Of a stretch of DNA of 64,000 bases, positions 45,437 to 55,642 are shown piece after piece. The translations under genes and the position numbers were made by a program. This stretch comes from Blastocatellia bacterium (GTDB taxonomy: Bacteria; Acidobacteriota; Blastocatellia; UBA7656): the NCBI GenBank assembly GCA_045807765.1, contig JBJMGU010000220.1:12796-76795 (forward strand), written 5' to 3'. The stretch's first letter is position 1. Every line of letters starts with the position of its first letter. The notes under the pieces are model-generated. The model worked only from the letters and a program-made list of their open reading frames with translations, was not told the DNA's origin and made no database searches.

Positions 45437-45811
45437 TCAAGGCGTCTTCTGTTCCAGCTTGTCGAGGCGGTCTTCGAATATCTCGTGTTCGGCCCGCACC
45501 TGCAAAACTTCTTCCGCGAGCATCCTAAATTTCTTGTTGAGCAGGACGAACTGCCTATCAACGTCGGCGAACCGCTGATTCATCTCCGAACGTAATGATT
45601 GAATCTCGGCAGTCAGGCCAACGCGCAGTTGATCCTGGCCAACGCGCAGTTGATCCTGGCCAATACGCAATTGTTCTTGCCCAACGCGCAGTGTTTCAAT
45701 CTCCGCTTTCAGGCCGTCACCAATTTCATTGAGGCGTTCCAGCACCGTGGTTATGGGCTGGCTGTCGTATTGTGTCTCATCGGGCAGTTTGTTTGTCGGG
45801 TCGTCGCTCAT
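45437..45811 (-). CDS. small coiled-coil protein (paralog of 35273-35635) with internal 21-nt tandem repeats
   Basis: 124 aa containing LRVGQEQLRIGQDQLRVGQDQLRVG, encoded by about 3.5 tandem 21-bp DNA repeats at 45617-45690. It shares N- and C-terminal motifs with the 35273 gene. Confidence 0.55.
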   Translation of the reverse strand: MSDDPTNKLPDETQYDSQPITTVLERLNEIGDGLKAEIETLRVGQEQLRIGQDQLRVGQDQLRVGLTAEIQSLRSEMNQRFADVDRQFVLLNKKFRMLAEEVLQVRAEHEIFEDRLDKLEQKTP

Positions 45812-46038
45812 ATCACTTCCTCTCTCACCGCATGCCCGAACAGCATCTGTCGGGATTATTGAGTGGGGATCATTCCAACGTCAAGAAAATAGTTCCGTCA
45901 GGCGGCGCGGCGGCGAAGGCTGCAAGCGCCTGCCGGTAGATTGAGAAAGTCATCACCCGCGTGGTATGGTTTTCTTTGTTGGTCGTCGAACAATCCAGCG
46001 CAATCCACAACCGACATTAACGCTGAGAGGATACCTGA

Positions 46039-48306
46039 GTGAGCGAGGCCGCGGCGGCGCACGAGGCGCTGCAACAGCATTTTGGCTTCACCGAATTTCG
46101 CGAGGGCCAGGACGAAGTCGTCCAGGCTGTGCTTGCGGGCCGCAACGCGGTCGTCGTCATGCCGACCGGCGGCGGCAAATCGCTCTGCTATCAACTGCCT
46201 GCCCTGATGCGCGAAGGCACAACGCTTGTCGTTTCGCCGCTCATCGCGCTGATGAAAGATCAAGTTGATCAGCTCGCCGAGCGCGGCATCAGTGGCACCT
46301 TCATCAATTCCAGCCTGAGCTACAGCGAAACCAACATTCGCCTGAGCCGTTTGCGCATGGGCGAATACAAGCTGGTTTATGTCGCGCCCGAACGCTTTCG
46401 CAGCCAGGCCTTCATGGATTCAATCGGCGAGACCCGCGTGCGATTGTTTGCCGTTGACGAAGCGCATTGCATCTCGCACTGGGGCCATGACTTCCGCCCC
46501 GACTACCTGCGGATGAAGCCGGCTATCGAGCAGCTCGGCAATCCGCAGGTCATCGCGCTGACGGCGACAGCGACGCCGCAGGTGCGCGCAGACATCTGCG
46601 AGCAGCTCGGGCTTACGGACGCGCAGGTCTTTGTTGCCGGCTTTGACCGCCCCAATCTCGCCTTGCGCGTCATGCACACGGCGACCGAGCGCGAAAAGAT
46701 CGACACGCTGAAGCGCTTGATCCGCCATGCGGCGGGCGCGGGCATCATCTATGCGGCGACGCGCAAGAGTGTCGAGCAGATTGCCGCCAAGCTCAAGCTC
46801 GCCGGATTGCGCATTGAGCTGTATCACGGCGGCATGGACGACGGCGAGCGCAGCCGCGCGCAAGACGCTTTCATGCGCGGCGATGCGCAGGCCATCGTAG
46901 CGACCAACGCCTTTGGCATGGGCATCGATAAACCCGACATTCGCTTCGTGGCGCATTTCCACCTGCCGGGCTCAATCGAAGCTTACTATCAAGAGGTTGG
47001 GCGCGCTGGCCGCGACGGACTGCCGTCGGAATGCGTCCTGCTGTTTAACTACGCGGACACGCGCACGCAGCAATTCTTCATCGAAGGCAGCCACCCGTCG
47101 CCAGAGCTGATCAAGCGCGTCTATGACGAGATCGCTTCATTCGGCCTGGAGCGCGTCGAGCTGACGGCGCGCGAGCTCAGCGAGCGATTGCGCGTCAAGA
47201 ATGATATGTCCATCCATTCGGCGCTCGTCGTGTTGGAGAAGGCCGGCCACATCGAGCGTGGTCGCGCCAGCGAAGCGACCATTCTGGCGCTGATGAAGAT
47301 GCCAATTGACGTGGCGCTCGAAGCCGTCCGCGACGATTCGAATGAAGGCGGCGTGCTGCGCGACCTGATTTTCACGCGCAACGTCAACGAGCGGGAGCAG
47401 ACAGAGCTTGATCTGAAGGCCATCGCCGCGCAACTCGGGCTGAGCGACGCACAGATGCGCCGGGCGCTGGCGGCGCTCGAAGCCAAAGGCTTGATCGGTT
47501 ATCACGCGGCGTTTCAGGGGCGCGGCATCCGCTTGCTGGACGCGCCGCCGGCGCGGGCCTTGCGGGTTGACACCAGAGAGCTGGCCGCGCGCGCCGCCGC
47601 TGAACAGGGAAAGCTGCGGCGCATGATCGATTATTGCTATCATAAGGCTTGCCTGCGCACCTACATTCTGAAATACTTCGGCGACCGCAAACAGGCGCCG
47701 GCGTGCGAGAGCTGTTCGAGCTGCGCGCCCGCCGACGCGCGTTACCTTGAAGAAGAGCGTATCCAGGCGCCGCCCGCGGGCACCTTGCGCATGGGCCGCG
47801 CACGGAAAGCCGAGACCAACCGGGCGACCGAACTTGAGCAGTTCATCATCGAGCAAGCGCCAGCCGGCGTCGAGTTGCGCGAACAACTAAAAGCGCGCGC
47901 CGCCAGCCGCCGCGCGCTGACGCGGGCCGAATCCGCGGGCGATGCGCCGCGAGAGCGTGCGCGCAAGCCGAACCTGGCACAGATGACCGTCGTCATCAAG
48001 ATACTCAGTTGCATCGCCCGCATCGAGCGCGAATATGGCCGGGGCCGTTTCGGCAAGGGAACGGTGGCGGCAGTCTTGCGCGGCTCGACCAGTAAGCAGG
48101 TGCTTGAAAGCAAGCTCAACAAGCTCTCGACCTATGGCTTGTTGAGCGATATGCGGCAGGACGAGATTACCGCTTACATCAAAGCATTGATTGATGCCGC
48201 GTGCGTCGCCGTCGAAAAAGGTCTCTATCCAACGGTGAGCCTCACCGATTTCGGGCGCGAGGTGATGCACCGCCGCGCCGAAGTCATGCTGGAATTGCCG
48301 GATTGA
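46039..48306 (+). CDS. recQ: ATP-dependent DNA helicase RecQ
   Basis: Helicase motifs (MPTGGGKSLCYQLPA, DEAH in FAVDEAHCISHWGHDFRPDY), an RQC zinc-binding region and a C-terminal HRDC-like domain. 755 aa. Confidence 0.9.
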   Translation: MSEAAAAHEALQQHFGFTEFREGQDEVVQAVLAGRNAVVVMPTGGGKSLCYQLPALMREGTTLVVSPLIALMKDQVDQLAERGISGTFINSSLSYSETNIRLSRLRMGEYKLVYVAPERFRSQAFMDSIGETRVRLFAVDEAHCISHWGHDFRPDYLRMKPAIEQLGNPQVIALTATATPQVRADICEQLGLTDAQVFVAGFDRPNLALRVMHTATEREKIDTLKRLIRHAAGAGIIYAATRKSVEQIAAKLKLAGLRIELYHGGMDDGERSRAQDAFMRGDAQAIVATNAFGMGIDKPDIRFVAHFHLPGSIEAYYQEVGRAGRDGLPSECVLLFNYADTRTQQFFIEGSHPSPELIKRVYDEIASFGLERVELTARELSERLRVKNDMSIHSALVVLEKAGHIERGRASEATILALMKMPIDVALEAVRDDSNEGGVLRDLIFTRNVNEREQTELDLKAIAAQLGLSDAQMRRALAALEAKGLIGYHAAFQGRGIRLLDAPPARALRVDTRELAARAAAEQGKLRRMIDYCYHKACLRTYILKYFGDRKQAPACESCSSCAPADARYLEEERIQAPPAGTLRMGRARKAETNRATELEQFIIEQAPAGVELREQLKARAASRRALTRAESAGDAPRERARKPNLAQMTVVIKILSCIARIEREYGRGRFGKGTVAAVLRGSTSKQVLESKLNKLSTYGLLSDMRQDEITAYIKALIDAACVAVEKGLYPTVSLTDFGREVMHRRAEVMLELPD

Positions 48307-48336
48307 TCGAAGACGCATTTCTCTATTGGAGTGATA

Positions 48337-49458
48337 ATGGACTCACAACCGACCGTAACGGGCGTTTTGCAGCTCAACGAAAAAGGCTTCGGCTTTCTTC
48401 GTCAGGCGGCGAACAATTACCTGCCCGGCCCGAAAGACATCTTCGTCGGGCGCAACCTGATTCAGAAGTACGCGCTGCGCGAAGGCGTGATGATTGTGGG
48501 CCGCGCGACCCCGAGCGACGCAGGCCGCGGGCGCGCGCAATCCGACCAGCTCAGCCAGATTGAGACCATCAACGAGATGGCGCCGGAAGCTTACACGCAC
48601 CGGCCAGAGTTCACCCGTTTGACCAGCGTTGACCCAACTGAGCGATTGGAGCTTTCCGAAGGCAACGACAACCTTTCAATGCGCGTGCTCGACCTGATCG
48701 CGCCCATCGGCAAGGGCCAGCGCGGCTTGATCGTCGCGCCGCCGAAGACTGGCAAGACGACGCTCATCGAAGAGATCGCCGAAGCCGTCGCCGATAACCA
48801 TCCCGAAACGCATCTGGTCGTCCTGCTGATTGACGAGCGTCCCGAAGAGGTCACGCATATGAAGCGGCGCGTGCGCGGCGAAGTCGTCGCTTCGTCGGCG
48901 GATCAAGGCGGCGAGCTGCACCTGCAAATTGCTCGGCTGGTTCATGAGCGCGTCAAGCGCATGGTCGAATGCGGCGAGGACGTGGTGATGTTGCTCGATT
49001 CGATCACCCGGCTGGCGCGCGCCTCGAATCGTGAGACCAGCCGCCGCGGTCGCACCATGAGCGGCGGCGTGGATTCGCGGGCGATGGAGTTCCCGCGCAA
49101 GTTCTTCGGCGCGGCGCGCAAGGCCGAAGAAGGCGGCAGCTTGACGATCATCGCCACGGCACTGATCGATACCGGTAGCCAGATGGACGAAGTGATCTTT
49201 CAGGAGTTCAAAGGGACGGGCAATCTGGAGATCGTCCTCGACAGAAAGCTTGCCGAGCGCCGCATCTTCCCGGCCATAGACATCTCGAAATCGGGGACCC
49301 GCAAAGAAGAGAAGCTCTTCGATCCCGACTCCATGCCGCAGATCAATCTGCTGCGCCGCGCCCTCGCCGGCAAAAAGTCTATCGAAGCGATGGAGCTGTT
49401 GTTGAAGGGCCTGACCGATACGAAGACCAACCGCGACTTTCTCGCCCGCTTAAAATAA
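48337..49458 (+). CDS. rho: transcription termination factor Rho (lacking the N-terminal helix-bundle subdomain)
   Basis: Begins at the OB-fold (GVLQLNEKGFGFLR, aligning to E. coli GVLEILPDGFGFLR) and runs through Walker A (APPKTGKTT) and the Q/R loops to the C-terminus. GGAG lies 5 nt upstream of ATG 48337. The frame is the same as recQ, whose stop is only 8 codons upstream. Confidence 0.85.
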   Translation: MDSQPTVTGVLQLNEKGFGFLRQAANNYLPGPKDIFVGRNLIQKYALREGVMIVGRATPSDAGRGRAQSDQLSQIETINEMAPEAYTHRPEFTRLTSVDPTERLELSEGNDNLSMRVLDLIAPIGKGQRGLIVAPPKTGKTTLIEEIAEAVADNHPETHLVVLLIDERPEEVTHMKRRVRGEVVASSADQGGELHLQIARLVHERVKRMVECGEDVVMLLDSITRLARASNRETSRRGRTMSGGVDSRAMEFPRKFFGAARKAEEGGSLTIIATALIDTGSQMDEVIFQEFKGTGNLEIVLDRKLAERRIFPAIDISKSGTRKEEKLFDPDSMPQINLLRRALAGKKSIEAMELLLKGLTDTKTNRDFLARLK

Positions 49459-49606
49459 GGACTCACGGCGCTGTCGAGTCCACCCGGCCTTCCTTCGACC
49501 ATCGTCCGCTAATTGCTTTGCGCCGTTTTGCCACAGACCGGCGAGTGTAATATAATCGCCGCCGCAAGCACTCCAATAGCGATTGACCAGTCACAAGGAG
49601 GGTTTT

Positions 49607-51184
49607 ATGTTACAGCGTATGAGCCGCATTGCGGTGGCGTTCGGTATTGCCGTGTCGTTGGCGCTGGTGGCGAACCTGCCACGGGTCACAGCGCAGACGG
49701 ATGCCAAAGGCGACCCGCTCGCGAAAGCCACGCGCACGGAACGCAACGGCTGGATCTACCTGCATCTTGAAGGCACGCCCGATGAAGTCGGCTATCAGCA
49801 CGGCTGGCTGCTGGCGCGCGAGATCGATGACGCCTTGCGCGTCTTCAAGAAGTACTTGCAGCGCGTCACCGCGCACGACTGGGCATTTTATCGCAACGCC
49901 GCGCACGAGATGTTCTGGAGCAAGCTCGACGACGAGTACAAGCACGAGATTCAAGCCATCGCCCGCGGCGCTTATGCGCGCGGCGTGCACATTGACGCCG
50001 ACGACGTGCTGGCGATGAACGGCTGGATGGAGCTGGCGTTTTATTACATCCCGTCGCTCACGCAGGCGCGCATAGACGACCCCGAACTGCATCAGTCGCC
50101 GCCGCCCGCCTGCTCGGCCTTTGTCGCCACCGGCAGCTATACCAAAAATGGTGACATCGTTATGGCGCACAACAACTGGATCGATTACTTGATCGGTCGT
50201 CACTGGAATATCATGGTCGATCTAAAGCCGGCGGCGGGCCACCGCATCCTGATGGATTCGTTCCCCGGTTTCATCCATTCAGGCGATGATTTCTATGTGA
50301 ACGATGCCGGATTGATGGTCACTGAAACGACGATCAGCGACTTCAAAGGATTCGACCCGGCGGGGCTGCCGGAGTTCTACCGCATACGCAAAGCCACGCA
50401 GTACGCCGATTCGATTGACGGCTGGCTGAAGGTGATGATGGATCATCCAAACGGCGGCTATGCTAACGACTGGCTGATTGGCGACCGCAAGACGGGCGAG
50501 ATCGCGCGGCTCGAAAACGGTCTCAAGAATAACATCGTCGAGCGCACCAAAGACGGTTACTTCGTCGGCTCGAACTTCCCCGTCCATGAAAAAACGATTA
50601 AGGAAGAGACGAGCTTTGACCCGAACGGCACGACCAACGGCGCCAATGCACGGCATCGCCGCTGGGACGAGCTGATGAAAGAAAACCGCGGCAAGATCGA
50701 TGTCACGCTGGCCAGGAAGTTTCTGGCTGATCATTATGACGGGACGCGCAAGCGCAACGGCGGCTCGGCCAATACCCTCTGCGGCCATGTCGAACTGGAC
50801 GACAAGGGCGCGAACAGCGACTGGCGCAGCTTCTATCCCGCCGGCGCATCAAACGCCAAAGCTACAGACGGGCGGCTGGCCGCTGAGATGAAATTCTGGG
50901 CGGCGATTGGTCATGCGTGCGGCGCGGATTTTAGGCTCGATACGTTTTTGAAAGCGCACCCGGAATACGAGTGGCAGCGCGAGCTGGCTGGTGATATGCC
51001 GAGCGGCGCGTGGACATTATTTGCAACGACGACGCCGGCGACCGGAGCGAAAGCCCGCAACCGTGGGCCGATAGACACGCAAATCCAGACGCCCTATCCA
51101 AACGACGTGAGGAACCGGCAGCGCGGGCCGCTCGGAGACCCAAAGGCGCCCTTGCCCGGTGACACGCGCCCGCCAATCAGGTAA
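49607..51184 (+). CDS. Ntn-hydrolase superfamily protein, peptidase C45-like (acyl-CoA:6-APA acyltransferase family)
   Basis: Signal peptide, then a candidate nucleophile Cys in [26 protein letters not shown]. About 525 aa. ATG 49607 follows AGGAGGG. Confidence 0.5.
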   Translation: MLQRMSRIAVAFGIAVSLALVANLPRVTAQTDAKGDPLAKATRTERNGWIYLHLEGTPDEVGYQHGWLLAREIDDALRVFKKYLQRVTAHDWAFYRNAAHEMFWSKLDDEYKHEIQAIARGAYARGVHIDADDVLAMNGWMELAFYYIPSLTQARIDDPELHQSPPPACSAFVATGSYTKNGDIVMAHNNWIDYLIGRHWNIMVDLKPAAGHRILMDSFPGFIHSGDDFYVNDAGLMVTETTISDFKGFDPAGLPEFYRIRKATQYADSIDGWLKVMMDHPNGGYANDWLIGDRKTGEIARLENGLKNNIVERTKDGYFVGSNFPVHEKTIKEETSFDPNGTTNGANARHRRWDELMKENRGKIDVTLARKFLADHYDGTRKRNGGSANTLCGHVELDDKGANSDWRSFYPAGASNAKATDGRLAAEMKFWAAIGHACGADFRLDTFLKAHPEYEWQRELAGDMPSGAWTLFATTTPATGAKARNRGPIDTQIQTPYPNDVRNRQRGPLGDPKAPLPGDTRPPIR

Positions 51185-51283
51185 AGCGCAGCGCCAGAGC
51201 GCAAGAAAGGTCGAGCCGCCAGGACCGACAGGTGTCTGTCCTGGCGGCTCTCGCTTTTCCCGTTCGTTTGCGACTCGATGGGC

Positions 51284-51475
51284 TTATGTAAGCTGCAACA
51301 CAATCCCCGGCTTGTTGATGTTCACGTCAATCTCGTGCTTGCTGCCGCCAAACATCCTGTGGAATGCGCCGGTGAAATACAGCACGGCAAGCAGTACGAT
51401 CAGCATCAATACGATAGCAATGGCCGTCATGCCGCTGCCGCCATCACGGTTCACCTCAATAATTCTGTCTGCCAT
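51284..51475 (-). CDS. small membrane protein (63 aa)
   Basis: [42 protein letters not shown]..., single TM. The track ORF is longer; start chosen at the first plausible Met. Confidence 0.35.
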   Translation of the reverse strand: MADRIIEVNRDGGSGMTAIAIVLMLIVLLAVLYFTGAFHRMFGGSKHEIDVNINKPGIVLQLT

Positions 51476-51746
51476 AAACGATTCCTCCGCTCTATTCGGA
51501 TTTGCTTTCCCCTCGCTATTAGGGGCAACTCCGATGCCACGCTCGCGTAGAGGCGCAGGGCGCGTCTTTTGGCGGAAATCGTCTGCCCCGAGCGCCGGCC
51601 TGTATCTGTTTTCCAATCGGTGTGTACGGCGAAAAGACAGCCGGCGCGTACCGTGCAATCCGGTCTTCACGCGGCGCGTTCCTTTTTTTGCGCCGTGCGC
51701 TAGTGTAGGATTATTCGTTCACGCAACGACCATCACAGGAGCGATT

Positions 51747-53060
51747 ATGGTGCAGACTTACATCCGCGATCTAGCCGGTCACGTCGGCGAAGAAGTGACC
51801 ATCAAAGGCTGGCTTTATAACATCCGTTCGAGCGGCAAGCTCAAGTTCCCACAGATCCGCGACGGCTCAGGCTTGATCCAGGGCGTCGTCTCGAAGCGCG
51901 ACGTCAGCGAGCAGATATGGAATGACTTCGAGCGTCTGACGCAGGAATCATCGATCATCGTGCGCGGGCGAGTGCGCGAGCATCCTAAACAGCCCGGCGT
52001 TTATGAGCTGGACGTCAGCGGCCTCGACGTTGTGCATGTGGCCGAAGAATATCCCATCACGCCGAAAGAGCATGGCACAGAGTTCCTGATGGATCACCGC
52101 CATCTCTGGCTGCGCTCGCGTCGCCAGCATGCCATCCTCTCGGTGCGCGCTGAAATCATTCGCGCCGTGCGCGATTACTTCGACTCGAATGGCTTCCTGC
52201 TGATGGACACGCCGATCTTCACGCCCGCCGCCTGCGAAGGCACGACGACGCTATTCGAGGTCAACTACTTCGACGACAACAAAGCCTACCTGACACAATC
52301 GGGCCAGCTCTACAACGAAGCGACCGCCGCCGCTTTCGGCAAAGTCTACACCTTTGGCCCGACGTTTCGCGCAGAGAAGTCGAAGACCCGCCGTCACCTG
52401 ACGGAGTTCTGGATGGTCGAGCCGGAAGTCGCTTACGCCGATCTCGACGATGTCATGAATCTGGCCGAAGACTTCATCTCGTTTGTTGTCGGGCGCGTGC
52501 TGGAAAACCGCCAGGCTGAGCTAAAAGAGCTGGAGCGCGATACGGCGAAGCTCGAAAAGATTCAGAAGCCCTTTCCGCGCCTGCAATACGACGAGGCCGT
52601 GCGTATGCTGCAAGAAGGCTTCGAGAAAGGCGAGCTGGAAACGCGCTTTGAATGGGGCGGCGACTTCGGTGCGCCGGACGAGACATACATCTCAAGCCAG
52701 TACGACCGCCCGGTGATGGTGCATCGCTACCCGGCGGCGGTGAAAGCGTTTTACATGAAGCCCGACCCCGAGCGAGCCGATCTGGCGTTGTGCGTTGACG
52801 TGCTGGCGCCCGAAGGCTACGGCGAAGTCATCGGTGGCGGCCAGCGCGCTGACGACCTCGATTATCTGCTCAAGCAGATTCAGGCACACGGCCTGCCCGA
52901 AGAGGCTTTCGACTGGTATCTCGACCTGCGCAAGTATGGCAGCTTCCCGCACGGCGGCTTCGGCATGGGCATCGAGCGCTGCACCGCGTGGCTCTGTGGC
53001 ATCGAGCACATTCGCGAAACGATTCCCTTCCCGCGAATGCTCTATCGCCTGAAGCCTTAA
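51747..53060 (+). CDS. asnS: asparaginyl-tRNA synthetase
   Basis: An anticodon-binding OB fold is followed by a class II core with motifs [29 protein letters not shown] and [13 protein letters not shown], and the AsnRS-type [17 protein letters not shown]. The track ORF 51159-53060 is over-extended upstream. Confidence 0.85.
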   Translation: MVQTYIRDLAGHVGEEVTIKGWLYNIRSSGKLKFPQIRDGSGLIQGVVSKRDVSEQIWNDFERLTQESSIIVRGRVREHPKQPGVYELDVSGLDVVHVAEEYPITPKEHGTEFLMDHRHLWLRSRRQHAILSVRAEIIRAVRDYFDSNGFLLMDTPIFTPAACEGTTTLFEVNYFDDNKAYLTQSGQLYNEATAAAFGKVYTFGPTFRAEKSKTRRHLTEFWMVEPEVAYADLDDVMNLAEDFISFVVGRVLENRQAELKELERDTAKLEKIQKPFPRLQYDEAVRMLQEGFEKGELETRFEWGGDFGAPDETYISSQYDRPVMVHRYPAAVKAFYMKPDPERADLALCVDVLAPEGYGEVIGGGQRADDLDYLLKQIQAHGLPEEAFDWYLDLRKYGSFPHGGFGMGIERCTAWLCGIEHIRETIPFPRMLYRLKP

Positions 53061-53085
53061 TGGCAGCGGAAAGGAGAGGCGGCGC

Positions 53086-53673
53086 ATGACGAGCGGCGAG
53101 GTGATGAGCGACAAGATGGCGCGCGGGCTGTTGCTCGATGATGAGGCGCGGCGGCGCGTAACCGTCTTCGGCGGCTCGCGCTGCGGCACCGACGCGGCAG
53201 AGTATCAGGAAGCGCTCCAGCTTGGGCGCTTGCTGGTCGAAGCCGGCTTCGATGTCTGCTCAGGCGGTTACGCCGGCGTTATGGAAGCCATCAGCCGCGG
53301 CGCGCCTGACGCCGGCGGCCACGTCATTGGCGTCACCATGACGCAGTTCAAATCAGCGCCCAATCCTTACCTGAAGAAGATCGAGCCGAGCGCCGATTTC
53401 TACGCGCGCTTGCAGAAGCTGATTACTCAGTCGGTCGGCTACGTCGCCTTGCGCGGCGGCATGGGAACGATCACCGAGATTTCATTGGTCTGGAACAAGC
53501 TAACGATGAACGTCCTGCCGCCGCGCCCGCTCATCCTGCTGGGCGAGTGCTGGCCGCGCGCCATCAAGTGCCTGCGCGAGCATCTGGTGATTTCGGACGC
53601 CGACCTCTCGTGGCTGTCGTTTGTAAATACGGCGGAAGAAGCGGTCGCCATTTTAAAGGAGCGGGCGCGCTGA
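53086..53673 (+). CDS. LOG-family protein (cytokinin riboside 5'-monophosphate phosphoribohydrolase-like, TIGR00730)
   Basis: GGYAGVMEA and LRGGMGTITE motifs. 195 aa. Confidence 0.7.
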   Translation: MTSGEVMSDKMARGLLLDDEARRRVTVFGGSRCGTDAAEYQEALQLGRLLVEAGFDVCSGGYAGVMEAISRGAPDAGGHVIGVTMTQFKSAPNPYLKKIEPSADFYARLQKLITQSVGYVALRGGMGTITEISLVWNKLTMNVLPPRPLILLGECWPRAIKCLREHLVISDADLSWLSFVNTAEEAVAILKERAR

Positions 53674-53856
53674 CGGGCCGCCCGCGCCGCGATTGAGCTG
53701 TAGGGTTGCGGCGCGGCGATTCTGGTTCCTGGGCCGCGGCTCAGGCTTGCGCCCGAAGTAGTAATACCACGCCGCGATAATCAGCAGGACAAAGAGAATG
53801 CCCGCCACAAAGCAGCCGATTCCGAGCTTGATTCCCGTCTTAAAGATGCCGAACAT
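53653..53856 (-). CDS. hypothetical small membrane protein
   Basis: A single TM (GIGCFVAGILFVLLIIAAWYYY) with a basic tail. It overlaps the LOG gene's 3' end by 20 nt. Weak call. Confidence 0.25.
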   Translation of the reverse strand: MFGIFKTGIKLGIGCFVAGILFVLLIIAAWYYYFGRKPEPRPRNQNRRAATLQLNRGAGGPSARPLL

Positions 53857-54174
53857 CGTGCGTTAATGATGGCAGAAAGCCCTGCTTTGCTCAACCTCTG
53901 CCGGCTAGCCGCCGATGCCTGAATCCTCGCTTTTCTTGTGATTTTCTTGCACAGCGACAAAGGTATAGACGCCAGCATGGGGTGTTGATAAGATTAAATT
54001 GTCGCCACCACATAACGGTTTCAAGAACGAGCAAGGGGGATGGGGAGACAGGCAGTCATTCGAAGTTGGCCGACCTCAGGCACAGCGAAACGCACCTGAA
54101 ATTCTCCATAAAACTCCAGAATTATTGACCATTGGCTAACCCGGTAAGACCGGTTGTACCCACACGGAGAGTCA

Positions 54175-55329
54175 ATGAAGATCAGACGTATCTTTGCCTC
54201 AAGTTTGGAAATTCTGCCCACGAAAAAACTCCTCGTTCGCAAGCTTGCCACGACGGCCCTACTGACTGCCGTGATGGCGATTGCGACCTCCTTTTATGCG
54301 GTCAAGCACCGCCAGCCCGCCGGGGCGACCGAAGCATCGTTGAATGGCTCGACTTCGGCCATCGCCGTGACCGAGATTCCGCCGCGCGGTCTGAGCCGCC
54401 AGCGCGCTGATTTCGAGAAAGCTCTCGACATTCTTGCCACTGCGGCGAACAACGATTCGCACCTCACCGATTATTACAAGCGCGTTGCCCGCCGCGTCGC
54501 AGGTCACTCGACGCCTGCGGAGACGGCTTCGGGAGTGCGCGCCATGCGCGTGCGCCGTGACCCGCCGGTTGATCCCGATAAGATGGTTGCCGACGTGTCC
54601 ATGCCTGTGCCGCAGCTTCCCGGCGCCGATGCGCTGCCCGGAATCGCGACGGCTTCGGCCAGCGACGAGCCGGCCACCACGACGGCGACAGAAAATGCTT
54701 CGGAGCTTGCCGATGGCGACGTGCCGGCACAGCTCACCGTGGGCGATATGGCTTTTCAGGTGAACCCGGCAATCGAGCATTGGGTGAACTACTACACGAC
54801 GACGAAGACGGGCCGCCAGACGATGACCATCGGGATTACGCGCAGCAGCGCTTTCCTTGAGATGGCGCGCCAGGAATTTCGCCGCGCCGGCCTGCCGGAA
54901 GACCTTGTCTGGCTGGCGCACGTCGAGAGCGTCTGGAATCCGCGCGCCGTTTCGCCTGCGGCTGCCGGCGGCATCTGGCAATTCATCCCGAAGACCGCCA
55001 AGGAATACGGCATGACGGTCGAAAGCGGCAACGACGAGCGCGCCGATCCGCTGAAGCAGACGCGCGTTGCCGCCTCTTACCTGCGCGATCTCTACACGCT
55101 GTTTGGTGATTGGGCGTTGGCGATGGCAGCCTACAACTCGGGCGAGCCGCGCGTGATGGAGGCGGTCGTCAAGAACGGACGCGCCAATTTCTGGGAGATT
55201 TATAACAAGCAACTGCTGCCGAAAGAGACCTGCAATTACGTGCCGAAGATTCTCGCCGCCATCGAAGTCGCGAGCCGCGCCGACCAGTACGGCTTCACCA
55301 CGGCGAGCGATGATGTTGCCGGCCACTGA
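54175..55329 (+). CDS. lytic transglycosylase domain protein (SLT family)
   Basis: An SLT catalytic region (LAHVESVWNPRAVSPAAAGGIWQFIPKTAKEYGM), an N-terminal signal/TM and an Ala/Pro-rich linker. Confidence 0.75.
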   Translation: MKIRRIFASSLEILPTKKLLVRKLATTALLTAVMAIATSFYAVKHRQPAGATEASLNGSTSAIAVTEIPPRGLSRQRADFEKALDILATAANNDSHLTDYYKRVARRVAGHSTPAETASGVRAMRVRRDPPVDPDKMVADVSMPVPQLPGADALPGIATASASDEPATTTATENASELADGDVPAQLTVGDMAFQVNPAIEHWVNYYTTTKTGRQTMTIGITRSSAFLEMARQEFRRAGLPEDLVWLAHVESVWNPRAVSPAAAGGIWQFIPKTAKEYGMTVESGNDERADPLKQTRVAASYLRDLYTLFGDWALAMAAYNSGEPRVMEAVVKNGRANFWEIYNKQLLPKETCNYVPKILAAIEVASRADQYGFTTASDDVAGH

Positions 55330-55360
55330 AGTTTAGCTACTCATCATTTCCTCATAAGGG

Positions 55361-55389
55361 TGGGCCGCCGCGTGCGGCCCTTTTTTTAT
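55361..55389 (+). terminator. rho-independent terminator
   Basis: gggccgc-cgcgt-gcggccc followed by tttttttat, 32 nt after the SLT stop. Confidence 0.7.
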
Positions 55390-55642
55390 CCGCGCAAGCC
55401 GACGCCGCTACCGACGATTGAGCGATGCGCGCAGGGCGCAGTCCCTCACATTCCTCAGATCGCTCTAGCCCCTCCGACCTGTGCATGGAGTACCGCCTTT
55501 GCGGCGATACTCCATGCTTTTCTCCTCTTTGATTCCCTGTCGAATCGCCTATCAAAGCCGGCGGCGTTTGTTGACGAGCCCATTCCATTCGACTATCGTG
55601 AAATGGAACCTTTCGGCGCTTCCGAAAGGAGCAAAAGGCATC

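Noticed and set aside
48307-48336. An upstream alternative start that would restore the Rho N-terminal helix bundle
   Set aside because: Impossible: the recQ stop codon is in the same frame only 8 codons upstream, and GGAG precedes ATG 48337.
49459-49606. Terminator after rho (ggactc-acggcgctgtc-gagtcc)
   Set aside because: The 6-bp stem has no T-tract. It is too weak to call; it might be a Rho-dependent or processing site, but the sequence does not support a claim.
51476-51746. T-box or leader-peptide attenuator upstream of asnS
   Set aside because: No specifier or T-box consensus (AATTAGGGTGGNACCGCG) is present. The only stem (cggcgc/gcgccg with a T-rich loop) is short and not followed by a T-tract.
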